Of a DNA stretch of 64,000 nucleotides, positions 1 to 10,326 are shown piece by piece. The notes below the pieces were generated by a model. It was not told the origin of the DNA. It was given only the letters and a program-made list of their open reading frames with translations, and did no database searches. Source of the stretch: Eledone cirrhosa (taxonomy: Eukaryota); assembly GCA_964016885.1 (NCBI GenBank), contig OZ024743.1, forward strand, positions 302,560,001 to 302,624,000, read 5' to 3'. How positions within the stretch are numbered: the first letter of the stretch is position 1; each line of letters starts with the position of its first letter. Made by a program: the position numbers and the translations under genes.

Positions 1-159
1 ACCAAATAAATATATATATATTTTTTTAAATAAGACAACAGTTGCATTATATTTCACTCGAGTGAAAAAGACAACAGTTGCATTATATTTCACTCGAGTG
101 AAAGTATAAATAAAAAAAGATGAAATCGAAAATGCAACTCGAAATAAAAAAAAGTTGTT

Positions 160-1882
160 CTGCAAGATAAATTTTAATCCCTCGGTGATGAAGCTTTTTT
201 TCTATTCTGCCTGGTAGCTCATTGGGATATTTCTCTAGTCCGTATTGGTGTGGGATCGTGTGTAGAGATTCACTACATCGAAAGACACAATAATAATGTC
301 GTTGTTGACTTGTTTGGGCAGGTGGTTTAAGACGTCCAGATCGTCTCTTACAAGGCTTGGTATGTGTTTGAGAATTGGTTTTAGTAGTATGTCTATAGAG
401 TTGCTCAGTCTGTGTGTTTCACATAGTGGGCCCGTTACAATTGGTCTTAATTTAAGGTGTGTGGGGTAGTGTGTGTTCACGCAGACTGAGGTGGATTGTT
501 TACAGGCATCGTTAATTATTCTTCACTTGTGGATTTTCGGAAGTCCGTAAAGGTTGCTGGTTCTGTATTCAAAATGTGTTAAATAATCGCGTTCCTGTTT
601 AGTTAAGTCTTCCTGGTATCGACAAATCAGTGTGTTTAATCTGGTCAGTGTTTTTGATAGCTGGTAGTTTTTTACTATTTCATAGTAATTAGTATTTTGT
701 AAGACAGAGAGAGCATAGAATTTTTTTATATTTTTCAGCTTCCATAATGACAACAGTACTTCCCTTGTCCGCTTCCTTAATTATAATGTCCGTATTGTTT
801 TTTAGTTCATGGATAATCTCCCATTCCTTTCGACTCGTGTTGGGTTTGGGTTTAGGTTGCGGTAGTTCTTGGTATGGTAAAGTAGCTATGCGGTCACAAA
901 ATTCGTCCAGAACTCTGTTTCCACCTTTTGTTGGGTTGTAGCTGTCGTTATTCTCCTTGTCAAAGAATTCCTTTGTGAGACGTAATTGTCTACAGAAGTG
1001 TGAGATATCGTCATTTATTTCATTGAGGTTAGCGTATTGTGGTGTTGGTGTGAATTTCAGTCCTTAGGAGATAAATTGTACTTGTTGGGCTGAGATGTTT
1101 GTATTTGAAAGGTTGATTATTTTCGGTTTTTCAAAATCGGTTTTTTGCCACTGTGTGTCGTGGGTCCTGTAGCCTTGGTCTAAAAAATGATTTCTCTGGA
1201 ATGTGTTTTCAATGGTATTATTATATCTAATTTCCCCTGTTGTTGTGCGGTCTTGTATAGAAGTTTCGGACGTATTGAGGTTCGGTTTGTTGATAGTCCG
1301 GGTTGTAGATTTTGTTCCTTTGTGTGGGTTGGGATCTACGGTTTTGGAACAGGCTCTGTGTTGGCAGGGGTCTACGGTTTTGGAATAGGTTTTGTGTGGG
1401 TTCTGATCTGCGGATAGGGTCCTGTCTTGTGTAGGGGGATCTTCGGTTTTTGTTAGTAGGGTTATATTTTTGTCTATGGGTTCTGGGATTATCGTTATAG
1501 TTTTGCTGTGGGTATGTTGGACGTTTTGTTACTTTTTTTGTTATTTGTTGTGCATGTTTTATTACTTTTTTGTTATTTGTAGTGTACGTGGTGTGTGAGT
1601 TTTAGTTTGTTTTAAAAATGGCTTACCTGTATGTTGTTCATTTTTGAAGTCCATTTCGTAGTTGTTGAACCAGGAGGCGTTTTTTTCACATCGCTGTAGG
1701 GGTGTTTGTTCTTCATCCTCAGAGTTTTCTTTCCAAAGTGTTAAGGTTTCTTCGTAGAGTAGGCCTTCAGAGTGCCTTGAGATTTCTGTGTCCATCTGTT
1801 GGTCGAGTGACTTGAATTTTTCTACGTTGGAGTTGGCTCTTAAGCGCAACAGTTCTATTTCTATTTTAAATTCTTCTAACAC
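160..1882 (-). mobile_element. Penelope-like retroelement, decayed N-terminal region and RT (frameshifted, 3'-truncated)
   Basis: Minus-strand pieces GLKFTPTP (~1040-1065), IIIKEADKGSTVVI (~750-790), YGLPKIHK (523..753) and LRPIVTG...IVSFDVVNLYT (235..480) are typical PLE RT motifs. Confidence 0.85.
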
Positions 1883-1907
1883 CTTTTTTTAAGTAAAAAT
1901 ATATTCA

Positions 1908-1920
1908 AACACACACACAC

Positions 1921-2005
<85 letters not shown>

Positions 2006-2012
2006 GCACACA
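1908..2012. repeat. (CA)n microsatellite
   Basis: Direct reading of the sequence. Confidence 0.98.
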
Positions 2013-2364
2013 AATAAACATACATATCTTTACTTTCTTTATTTCAATAGAAAATCTGAATTCTGACACCCCAGCGAACTAACCATATTCACTGAACCAG
2101 AACAATTCTCCCATCACATTTCTCTGGACCATTATCTTTTGCTTGTCATAAATTTCTCTAAAAAGGCTACAGAATAAATTCCCAAATATGGGCGCGAAAT
2201 TTAATGAAAACTTCTTGACGTGACAGGAATAATTTAATTTATAACCAATCAATTACATTTATTACAAAAAGGCCTTCGTGAGCCTCTTTTTTAAAGTAAA
2301 AAGAATTTTGTAACGCGAACTGGCGCGAAATATATTATAATTATTGACCAACCAATCAAAATAC

Positions 2365-2580
2365 TTCTCTAAAAACCTGGCGTTTGGAGCCACTTTTTTC
2401 CATATAAAACAAGTAACATTGAAAGACCAACCAGATGTGAGAAAAACCACAGACCCTCCATCTCAACTCTACTTTTGAAAAGCAGAAGAACTGCGAAACC
2501 GGTAAAGGAACCAAATAAATATATATATATATTTTTAAATAAGACTCCAGTTGCATTTTCGATTTCAACTTTTTTTCTTT
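2365..2580 (+). repeat. Dispersed non-coding repeat carrying an HHR motif (other copies 55545-55770, partial 1-140, distant relative 9400-9470 on minus)
   Basis: Shared blocks cccatataaaac..aagtaacatt, ccctccatctcaa, gcgaaaccggtaa.ggaaccaaataaat and cagttgcattttcgatttca. Confidence 0.85.
2468..2510 (+). ncRNA. Minimal type I hammerhead ribozyme, U3-A8 core variant
   Basis: CUU-UUGAAAA-GCAG(AAGAA)CUGC-GAAA-CCGG-UA-AAG. Helix II is perfect, helix III is the palindrome ACCGGU, the cleavage triplet is GUA and helix I is short. Confidence 0.6.
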
Positions 2581-3546
2581 GTTTATATATATATATACAT
2601 ATATATATATTCATATGTATAAAGATTGAGAGAGAGAGATATATACAGTGATGAGTTATAAAGAGACGGATGAGGCCAACAAGAATGAATGTTTGAATAT
2701 GAAATGCAAAAGTGTGTCGAATGTTTATACTTGACCTGTAGGCCAAAGTGATTGCAAGAGAAAGTGAAGGAAAAATACTTCATCGAAGCCACTCATATTG
2801 TCGTGATCTGACAAACCAACTAGATAACTCGGCTGACCAGGAACAATTCGTAGGTAATCTATCATGCAAAACCTGTCAAATCATACGACACGATAAACTG
2901 ATTCTTTTGAAATACTTTCCATGGCAATATATTATTCATCATAAATATCAACACAATCACAATGACGGCCATTCTGATCGTTAAGTACATTTGGATGAAG
3001 ATTAGGTATATGGTAACCATCATGAATTTTTGCTATATGAGAATCGAAATCGTTATGATATTCATCGTTGTCAAATATCTTCATCATCACAATTTTCAGG
3101 AAATGGAGCAGCTGCACCAACATCATCGATATAGTTATGGTCGGCGAAAATGTGATCAGCATGATTATTAACATATGTGTCATCATTATCAACACCTGCA
3201 CAGCTATCATCTGTTAACACATCGAAACATAGTACAAAGAAAATGACTGGCACCGATGGGGGTTCTGTTAACATTAAACTGATATATCCCACGAGTTTTT
3301 CCCCTGTTACCATACATAAGCTGTTCAAAACGTCAATTACTAGCTTCATATAGGTAATGCTTAAATCTGAAGTATCATTACGTAATAAACATTGTTTGCT
3401 TCATAAAATAAACGCGCACTTTGAAAATTGGAAGCAAATAGCTCCTGAAAATAATATATGTTTATCTACACACACACACACATACATGCGCGCGCGCACA
3501 CACACACAATCACACACACACAGATAGATAGATAGATAGATAGATA

Positions 3547-5711
3547 TGTTTCTTTTATTTGCCACTAGGGCATCAAAAGTGGGACAAGTACAAAGGGGGG
3601 AGTTTACACAAAAAGGCGTCCTCAATAAGGAGGAGGCAATAACAAAATATAAAAATAAAATAAGATATAACAAAAAATAAAATTTATAACAAAATCCTCA
3701 ATAGAGAGGAGGCGCCTTGGGGGGTCGCACACACACCCGAAAAAAGTGTGCAACCCTTTTCCTCAGGAGCACAGAGAGGGGGTGCTCCCTCGTTCCTTCC
3801 TCTTTTCCACCTACAGGCTTATGTAAAGAGAAGGCCCATTCACACGGGCCATTCTTGCCACTTTCACCCACCTTTCATAAAAACGACTGAGGTGCAGCAC
3901 CTCTCTCTCCATCATGATCCTTCTTCCGAAATGATATCGGAAGAAACGGACCAGTTGTTGGCCAGAGAGAAAGGTGCCTGACCTCAGTCCTTTCAGACGC
4001 GTCCACCATACAACCTCTTTCGCCATGGCTATTACGCACAGAAACACCGCCTCTGCTTCATCTTTGAAGGGGGGAGGCGGCTTGATCATTACAATAGACT
4101 CGGTGGTCAACCGGATCGGTCCCACCCTTGACAGCAGTTGTTCGACATAGCCCCACAGATCGGCTACGCCCGAGCAGTGTACCAATGCGTGTGCAACGGT
4201 TTCCTCGTCGCACACGCATCTGGGACAGATCTTTTTGGCGGGGTCCCTACCCGGGCGCCCGTGTCTGTAGAGCCTTTCTCGAACGGGTAAAGCCCGTCGG
4301 TAGCACTGCCAGGCCAGGGACTTCTGGAAGTTGTCCATAGGTCCCGGGCTGAATGTCCTACCGAACAGGCTGGCCAGTTCGTCCTCCTCCATGTCTAGGG
4401 CTTCTCCGAGGGCGTCGTCGCACTTGCTGCGTACCAGCCCTCTATAGAATGTTGCGGTGGAGTCTCCACTGATAACCGGATCCGCCTGCCAGAGGGCGGT
4501 GGGCGCCTGGGCACACTCAGTGTGCCAGGCGCCCAGTTTTCTCGGTCTTTGCTTGACCCAGGATTGCAGCTCGGTGAGTGAGACGAGTCTGGGAAAGGTT
4601 CGTCTCACAAACGAGACCCACACCGGTTGTCCGGTGAGGAATACGTAGAGGTGCCGTAGCCTTAATGCGTGTTTACGCATCATTAGCCACGGCATCCCCA
4701 GCCCTCCTTTCGAAGGGTGTTGACAGCAGATTGATCTCGTCACCATAGGAGCCCGCCTCTTCCAAAGGAATTGGAAGAGCGCGCGCTCCATCTTGGTGAG
4801 GGTTTCCCTTGGGCAGGGCACTACGGTCAGGCGGTAGTAGATGACGGACGCTATATAAGTGTTTGCCACCTCCGCCTGACCTTTCAGGGATAGTTTGCAA
4901 CTGGCCCACTTCTGGGTCAGTGCAAACACTCTGTTCGTAACCTCCGCCCAGTTTTTCTCCACCTGGAGGTCCGGTCCGAACCAGACCCCGAGCAACTTCA
5001 CCGGGCCCTCCGTCCAGCGTCCGACGACGCCATCGGAGGGCATCGGTCTGCCCCTCCACGTGCCGAGTTACAAACCGATCGACTTGTCCCGGTTCAGCTT
5101 AGCCCCTGTGAACTTTTCGTACTCCTCCAGTAAGGTGCCGACCGCCTCGATTTCGGAGGCCGTCGACACCATTACTGTCACATCATCGGCGTAGGCTGAC
5201 ACCGCTTTCCGCAATCCCGGTTCCAAAGGGATGCCCTGCAACAACTCCAACTTCCGCAGTAGTGGCTCGAGAGTCAACACATACAGAAGGGAGGAGAGAG
5301 GGCACCCTTGTCGGATGGACCGCGCGATTTTGAACGGCTCCGAGAGGTAGCCGTTCACCTTGACCCTAGAGCAGATGCGGCTGCTGTGCATAGCAGTGAT
5401 CCAGCCCCTGAAAACGGGTCCGAAGCCTGCCGCCGCTAGCACCGCATCCAGGTAACCATGGTCGACCCTATCGAACGCCTTAGATTGATCCAAGTTGATC
5501 AGAGCCCCACCAAAGCCGGGTTCGTTCCCAACCCTCTCTATGATGTATCGCATGAGGTGGAGGTTGTCATGGATGGACCTGGACGGGATAGCGCATGTCT
5601 GCGCATCTCCCACCAGGTTGCCCACGACAAGCGCCAACCTCTTTGCTAGCACCTTGGCCAAAATCTGTAACTCTGTATTTAGCAGAGTTATGGGCCTGAA
5701 GTTACTTATTT

Positions 5712-5712
<1 letters not shown>
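3547..5712 (-). mobile_element. Tx1/L1-clade non-LTR retrotransposon, 5'-truncated, flanked by (GATA)n on both sides
   Basis: RT motifs NFRPITLLN, LDQSKAFDRV, RQGCPLS, SAYADDV (5068..5710). C-terminal zf-RVT-type CPRC..EETVAHALVHC (3811..5043). The 3' UTR ends AATAAAAGAAAC then (TATC)n. Confidence 0.92.
3811..5709 (-). pseudogene. Tx1-like ORF2 remnant (RT and C-terminal Zn finger), frameshift near 5050-5070
   Basis: ORFs 5068..5760 (first ~16 aa are microsatellite) and 3811..5043 are homologous to 43693-45432. Confidence 0.85.
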
Positions 5713-5757
<45 letters not shown>

Positions 5758-6308
5758 CATTTATATTCAAAACAATAGCAACAATAGTTCAAATATTGTA
5801 AAACATAAAATGACACGATACAAATACATGTTTAATATGTAGTTTAAGAATATTTAATATAAATTTATATATAGTTTATCTATAGTTAATATATAGTTTA
5901 AGAATATTAATTTGCGTTTACATTATTCAACTGTATTTCTCACGACAAATAAATATTTTCAAACAATTAATTTCTCACGACAAATAAATATTTTCAAACA
6001 ATTAATTTCTCCCTCTATTGTATGAACTATTTCAGGCCATACTCTGCGTAAATAACGAGGTAGTATAGAGTTTGGAACAATACACAGAAAAACTGCAGTG
6101 TCACATTTAATACGATAATTGGGAAATTACTCGAATATTCCAACTTACTTTGTTAAACATATGAGGCCTAGCGTATTTGTGTGCAGTATGACTACTTCTC
6201 GTTAGCAATGCTGTTGATATTCAAAATCAGTGTTACACATGCACACATAAACTGATACACACTCACAGATGCGAACACACGTGCATACAGCGGTGTATAT
6301 ACACACGC

Positions 6309-6310
<2 letters not shown>

Positions 6311-6379
<69 letters not shown>

Positions 6380-6400
6380 TGTATATATATATATGTAAAC

Positions 6401-6450
<50 letters not shown>

Positions 6451-6471
6451 GTTTACATATATATATATACA

Positions 6472-6549
<78 letters not shown>

Positions 6550-6590
6550 TGTATATATATATATATATATATGTAAACCTTTATATATAT
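6311..6590. repeat. (TA)n tract with alternating inverted motif tgtaaacctttata / tataaaggtttaca
   Basis: Direct reading of the sequence. Confidence 0.85.
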
Positions 6591-6897
6591 AAATTGAAAC
6601 AAAATGAAAACGAAATTTCATTTCTCACTCTTAGTATGGCACTTACTTAAATGTAAGTATGCATGTATACGTACATACATATATGTATACAGACGTACAG
6701 TAGCATGCACATATATATATATATATACATATATACATACATATGCATACAGGTACACATACATATATGCACGTATCAGTTTAGCGGCGCTTATTATAAC
6801 GTCGCTTTGTTCGTTTGTAAACAAACTGAACAGCCTGAATTTATGCCATACGGTGTTAAGGCAACCACGTCACCTTTTTGTTCAACACTGACACAGG

Positions 6898-6942
6898 AAC
6901 GATGTACTAGTTTCAAGCTTGTTAGCTATCATCAGCACCGTT
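6898..6942 (-). ncRNA. Type I hammerhead ribozyme (array 1, unit 1)
   Basis: AACGGUG-CUGAUGA-U-AGCU(AACA)AGCU-U-GAAA-CUAG-UA-CAUCGUU: 7-bp helix I, canonical core, palindromic helix III ACUAGU, GUA site. Confidence 0.88.
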
Positions 6943-7176
6943 TACCCATCTGCCAGATAGTTGAACGTTCGAAAGTATATACTTTCCTTATGAAATTAAC
7001 GGCTGAGCAGCCTAATTTGAATATTGAGTGAGTTAAATCGGTCAGGCATACCGAAAACGATAAATTGAAACAAAATGAAAACGAAATTTCATTTCTCACT
7101 CTTAGTATGGCACTTACTTAAATGTAAGTATGCATGTATACGTACATACATATATGTATACAGACGTACAGTAGCA

Positions 7177-7260
<84 letters not shown>

Positions 7261-7422
7261 CATACATATGCATACAGGTACACATACATATATGCACGTA
7301 TCAGTTTAGCGGCGCTTATTATAACGTCGCTTTGTTCGTTTGTAAACAAACAGAACAGCCTGAATTTATGCCATACGGTGTTAAGGCAACCACGTCACCT
7401 TTTTGTTCAACACTGACACAGG

Positions 7423-7467
7423 AACGATGTACTAGTTTCAAGCTTGTTAGCTATCATCAGCACCGTT
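7423..7467 (-). ncRNA. Type I hammerhead ribozyme (array 1, unit 2)
   Basis: Identical to 6898-6942. Confidence 0.88.
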
Positions 7468-7895
7468 TACCCATCTGCCAGATAGTTGAACGTTCGAAAG
7501 TATATACTTTCCTTATGAAAATTAACGGCTGAGCAGCCTAATTTGCATATTGAGTGAGTTAAATCGGTCAGGCATACCGAATACGATAAATTGAAACAAA
7601 ATGAAAACGAAATTTCATTTCTCACTCTTAGTATGGCACTTACTTAAATGTAAGTATGCATGTATACGTACATACATATATGTATACAGACGTACAGTAG
7701 CATGCACATATATATATATATATATACATATATACATACATATGCATACAGGTACACATACATATATGCACGTATCAGTTTAGCGCGCTTATTATAACGT
7801 CGCTTTGTTCGTTGGTAAACAAACTGAACAGCCTGAATTTATGCCATACGGTGTTAAGGCAACCACGTCACCTTTTTGTTCAACACTGACACAGG

Positions 7896-7940
7896 AACGA
7901 TGTACTAGTTTCAAGCTTGTTAGCTATCATCAGCACCGTT
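7896..7940 (-). ncRNA. Type I hammerhead ribozyme (array 1, unit 3)
   Basis: Identical to 6898-6942. Confidence 0.88.
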
Positions 7941-8337
7941 TACCCATCCGCCAGATAGTTGAACGTTCGAAAGTATATACTTTCCTTATGAAAATTAACG
8001 GCTGAGCAGCCTAATTTGCATATTGAGTGAGTTAAATCGGTCAGGCATACCGAAAACGATAAATTGAAACAAAATGAAAACGAAATTTCATTTCTCACTC
8101 TTAGTATGGCACTTACTTAAATGTAAGTATGCATGTATACGTACATTCATATATGTATACAGACGTACAGTACGATGCACATATATATATATATATATAT
8201 ACATATATACATACATATGCATACAGGTACACATACATATATGCACGTATCAGTTTAGCGGCGCTTATTATAACGTCGCTTTGTTCGTTTGTAAACAAAC
8301 TGAACAGCCTGAGTTTCAACTATCTGGCAGATGGGTA

Positions 8338-8382
8338 AACGGTGGTGATGATAGCTAACAAGCTTGAAACTAGTACATCGTT
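8338..8382 (+). ncRNA. Hammerhead copy in the inverted unit, C3G core mutation (probably inactive)
   Basis: aacggtg-GTGATGA-tagctaacaagctt-gaaa-ctag-ta-catcgtt. Confidence 0.7.
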
Positions 8383-8751
8383 CCTGTGTCAGTGTTGAAC
8401 AAAAAGGTAACGTGGTTGCCTTAACACCGCATGGCATAAATTCAGGCTGTTCAGTTTGTTTACAAACGAACAAAGCGACGTTATAATAAGCGCCGCTAAA
8501 CTGATACGTGCATATATGTATGTGTACCTGTATGCATATGTATGTATATATGTATATATATATATATATGTGCATGCTACTGTACGTCTGTATACATATA
8601 TGTATGTACGTATACATGCATACTTACATTTATATATATATATATATATCATAAAACATGTCTATAGAATAACCAGATAACATATATACCGTTTCCTCTC
8701 CCAATTAGCATAATTAACCATATAAAATATATATATATATTTTTTTTTTTT

Positions 8752-9270
8752 CGCGTATGCTTGTGTATGTACGTATATGGATGCGTGTATGTATTTATTT
8801 AATTTCTATTACCTCTGTATTTTATTTACTTTATTATTAACTCTTAAGCCGAGAATCATTCGGTCTCCTAGTTAGAATTTTAGTCTACGACTTCAGTTAT
8901 ACCATTTACGTGGTTTTGTCTTTGCGTGCAATTGTTCTCCTCGTACCACATATCTTCGTTGTTTCGGTTCATTGCCAGAAAACGTCTCTATGAACCACTT
9001 AATAGAATGTTAGTCTACGACTTCTTTTATACCGTAAACGTGGTTTTGACTTTGCGTGTAATTGTCTTTCACCGCTCCAAATAATTATATTCGTTTTTTC
9101 CCGTTCATTGCTAGGGAACGTTTCCTCGAACCAAAGTATCGTCTTCCTGTCTTCCTCAGGTAGCAACGTTTTTTGAAATATTTACTTCTGCGTTCACAGA
9201 TTGACTTTGTTAGTTTCAGAAGATCCCGTTAATGGGGAAAATATCGATCTTTGCTTAAACTTTAATCTGT

Positions 9271-9272
<2 letters not shown>
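8752..9272 (+). mobile_element. Non-coding 3' end (pLTR/UTR) of the PLE family found at 61981-64000
   Basis: Aligns by eye with 63500-64000 (tttacctctgtat, agaattttag.ct, tatcgtcttcctgtcttcctc, ttagtttcagaagatccc). Followed by (TA)n. Confidence 0.8.
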
Positions 9273-9307
<35 letters not shown>

Positions 9308-9491
9308 TAAAAGAAAAGAAAATGCTGACAAATTGTTCCCAGTGAAAAATAGTTTAATTAGGAATAAGTAAAAATTAGTAATAAGTATTGGTTAGTATTT
9401 ACTTTTGGTTTTAAATTCTTACCGGTTGCGCATTTCTAATGCTTTTCCAAAATAGTTTTGAGATAGAGCGCCCGGGATGTTTGCTCTAATG

Positions 9492-9548
<57 letters not shown>

Positions 9549-9707
9549 GTTGAAAAGTTAACACACTATAGAGCGATAGTGTGCCAACAGTAAAAGAGGA
9601 AAAACCACCAGTGTATGGAATCTATAATCTATGGAAGGCAGGGTAGACAAACAATAATTAAAAATAGGAATTAAAATATATATACGCCCCTCTATAACTA
9701 TATAACA

Positions 9708-9788
9708 CACGCGTACAAATCCAAAGAGGTCTATTTCGCCAGGAAGTTGTTGACTGAAATTGAATAGCCTATGGTTCATCAGCGCGTG
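9708..9788 (-). ncRNA. Type I hammerhead ribozyme (array 2, unit 1)
   Basis: CACGCG-CUGAUGA-ACCA...UGGC-GAAA-UAGA..UUUG-UA-CGCGUG: perfect 6-bp helix I, canonical core, extended helices II and III. Confidence 0.82.
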
Positions 9789-10245
9789 CAACACTTTACA
9801 TTCCAGACAACTCTAAGAGAATCTAAAGCGACCGTCCTGCTACACGCGGCTGAGAGAGATCACAGCGTGTTTATGGCAGTGAACCTGTGGTATCTGAGGG
9901 ACGACCTGCTAGAAAGGGCTGCCCCAAAACCACTCAGGAAGTGTGCTCAACCAAACAGAGATAGAGGAAAGACTGTTATATGGAGCGAAATATCACGATA
10001 AATTAACAGAGCCATAGACTCTCGTTATTCTCTGTCAATAATGTGCTCAAAGGTAAAGGAATCCTGATTTATTTAAAATACAATATGTTGAAAAGGTAAC
10101 ACACTATAGAGAGATAGTGTGCCATCAGTAAAACAGGGAAAACCACCAGTGTATGGAATCTGTAATCTATGGAAGGCATGGTAGACACACAATAATTAAA
10201 AATAGAAATTAAAATGTATATACGTACCTCTATAACTATATAACA

Positions 10246-10326
10246 CACGCGTACAAATCCAAAGAGGTCTGTTTCGCCAGTAAGTTGTTGACTGAAATGG
10301 AATAGCCTATGGTTCATCAGCTCGTG
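10246..10326 (-). ncRNA. Type I hammerhead ribozyme (array 2, unit 2)
   Basis: CACGAG-CUGAUGA-ACCA...UGGC-GAAA-CAGA..UUUG-UA-CGCGUG, with one helix I mismatch. Confidence 0.75.

Larger units (their letters stand above)
6591..8630 (-). mobile_element. Retrozyme-like tandem array: 3.5 units (starts 6591, 7062, 7588, 8061) plus an inverted partial unit 8314-8630
   Basis: Near-identical units of 471-526 bp that differ mainly in internal (TA)n length. Each full unit has an HHR and none encodes a credible protein. Confidence 0.85.

Noticed and set aside
48-107. Hairpin tttcactcgagtgaaa as a Helentron/DINE-1-like terminus
   Set aside because: It is better explained as a fold-back of the HHR-bearing repeat end. 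No matching element body was found.
2748-3349. Asp/His-rich short ORFs as a possible host exon or transposase piece
   Set aside because: No recognisable motif, continuous frame or convincing splice context.
6263-8680. Repeated ORFs such as [13 protein letters not shown].. and IYIYIY tracts
   Set aside because: They are translations of (TA)n and tandem repeat units, with frames shifting as microsatellite length changes. The same applies to the many YI, CV, HT, E and K-rich ORFs elsewhere.
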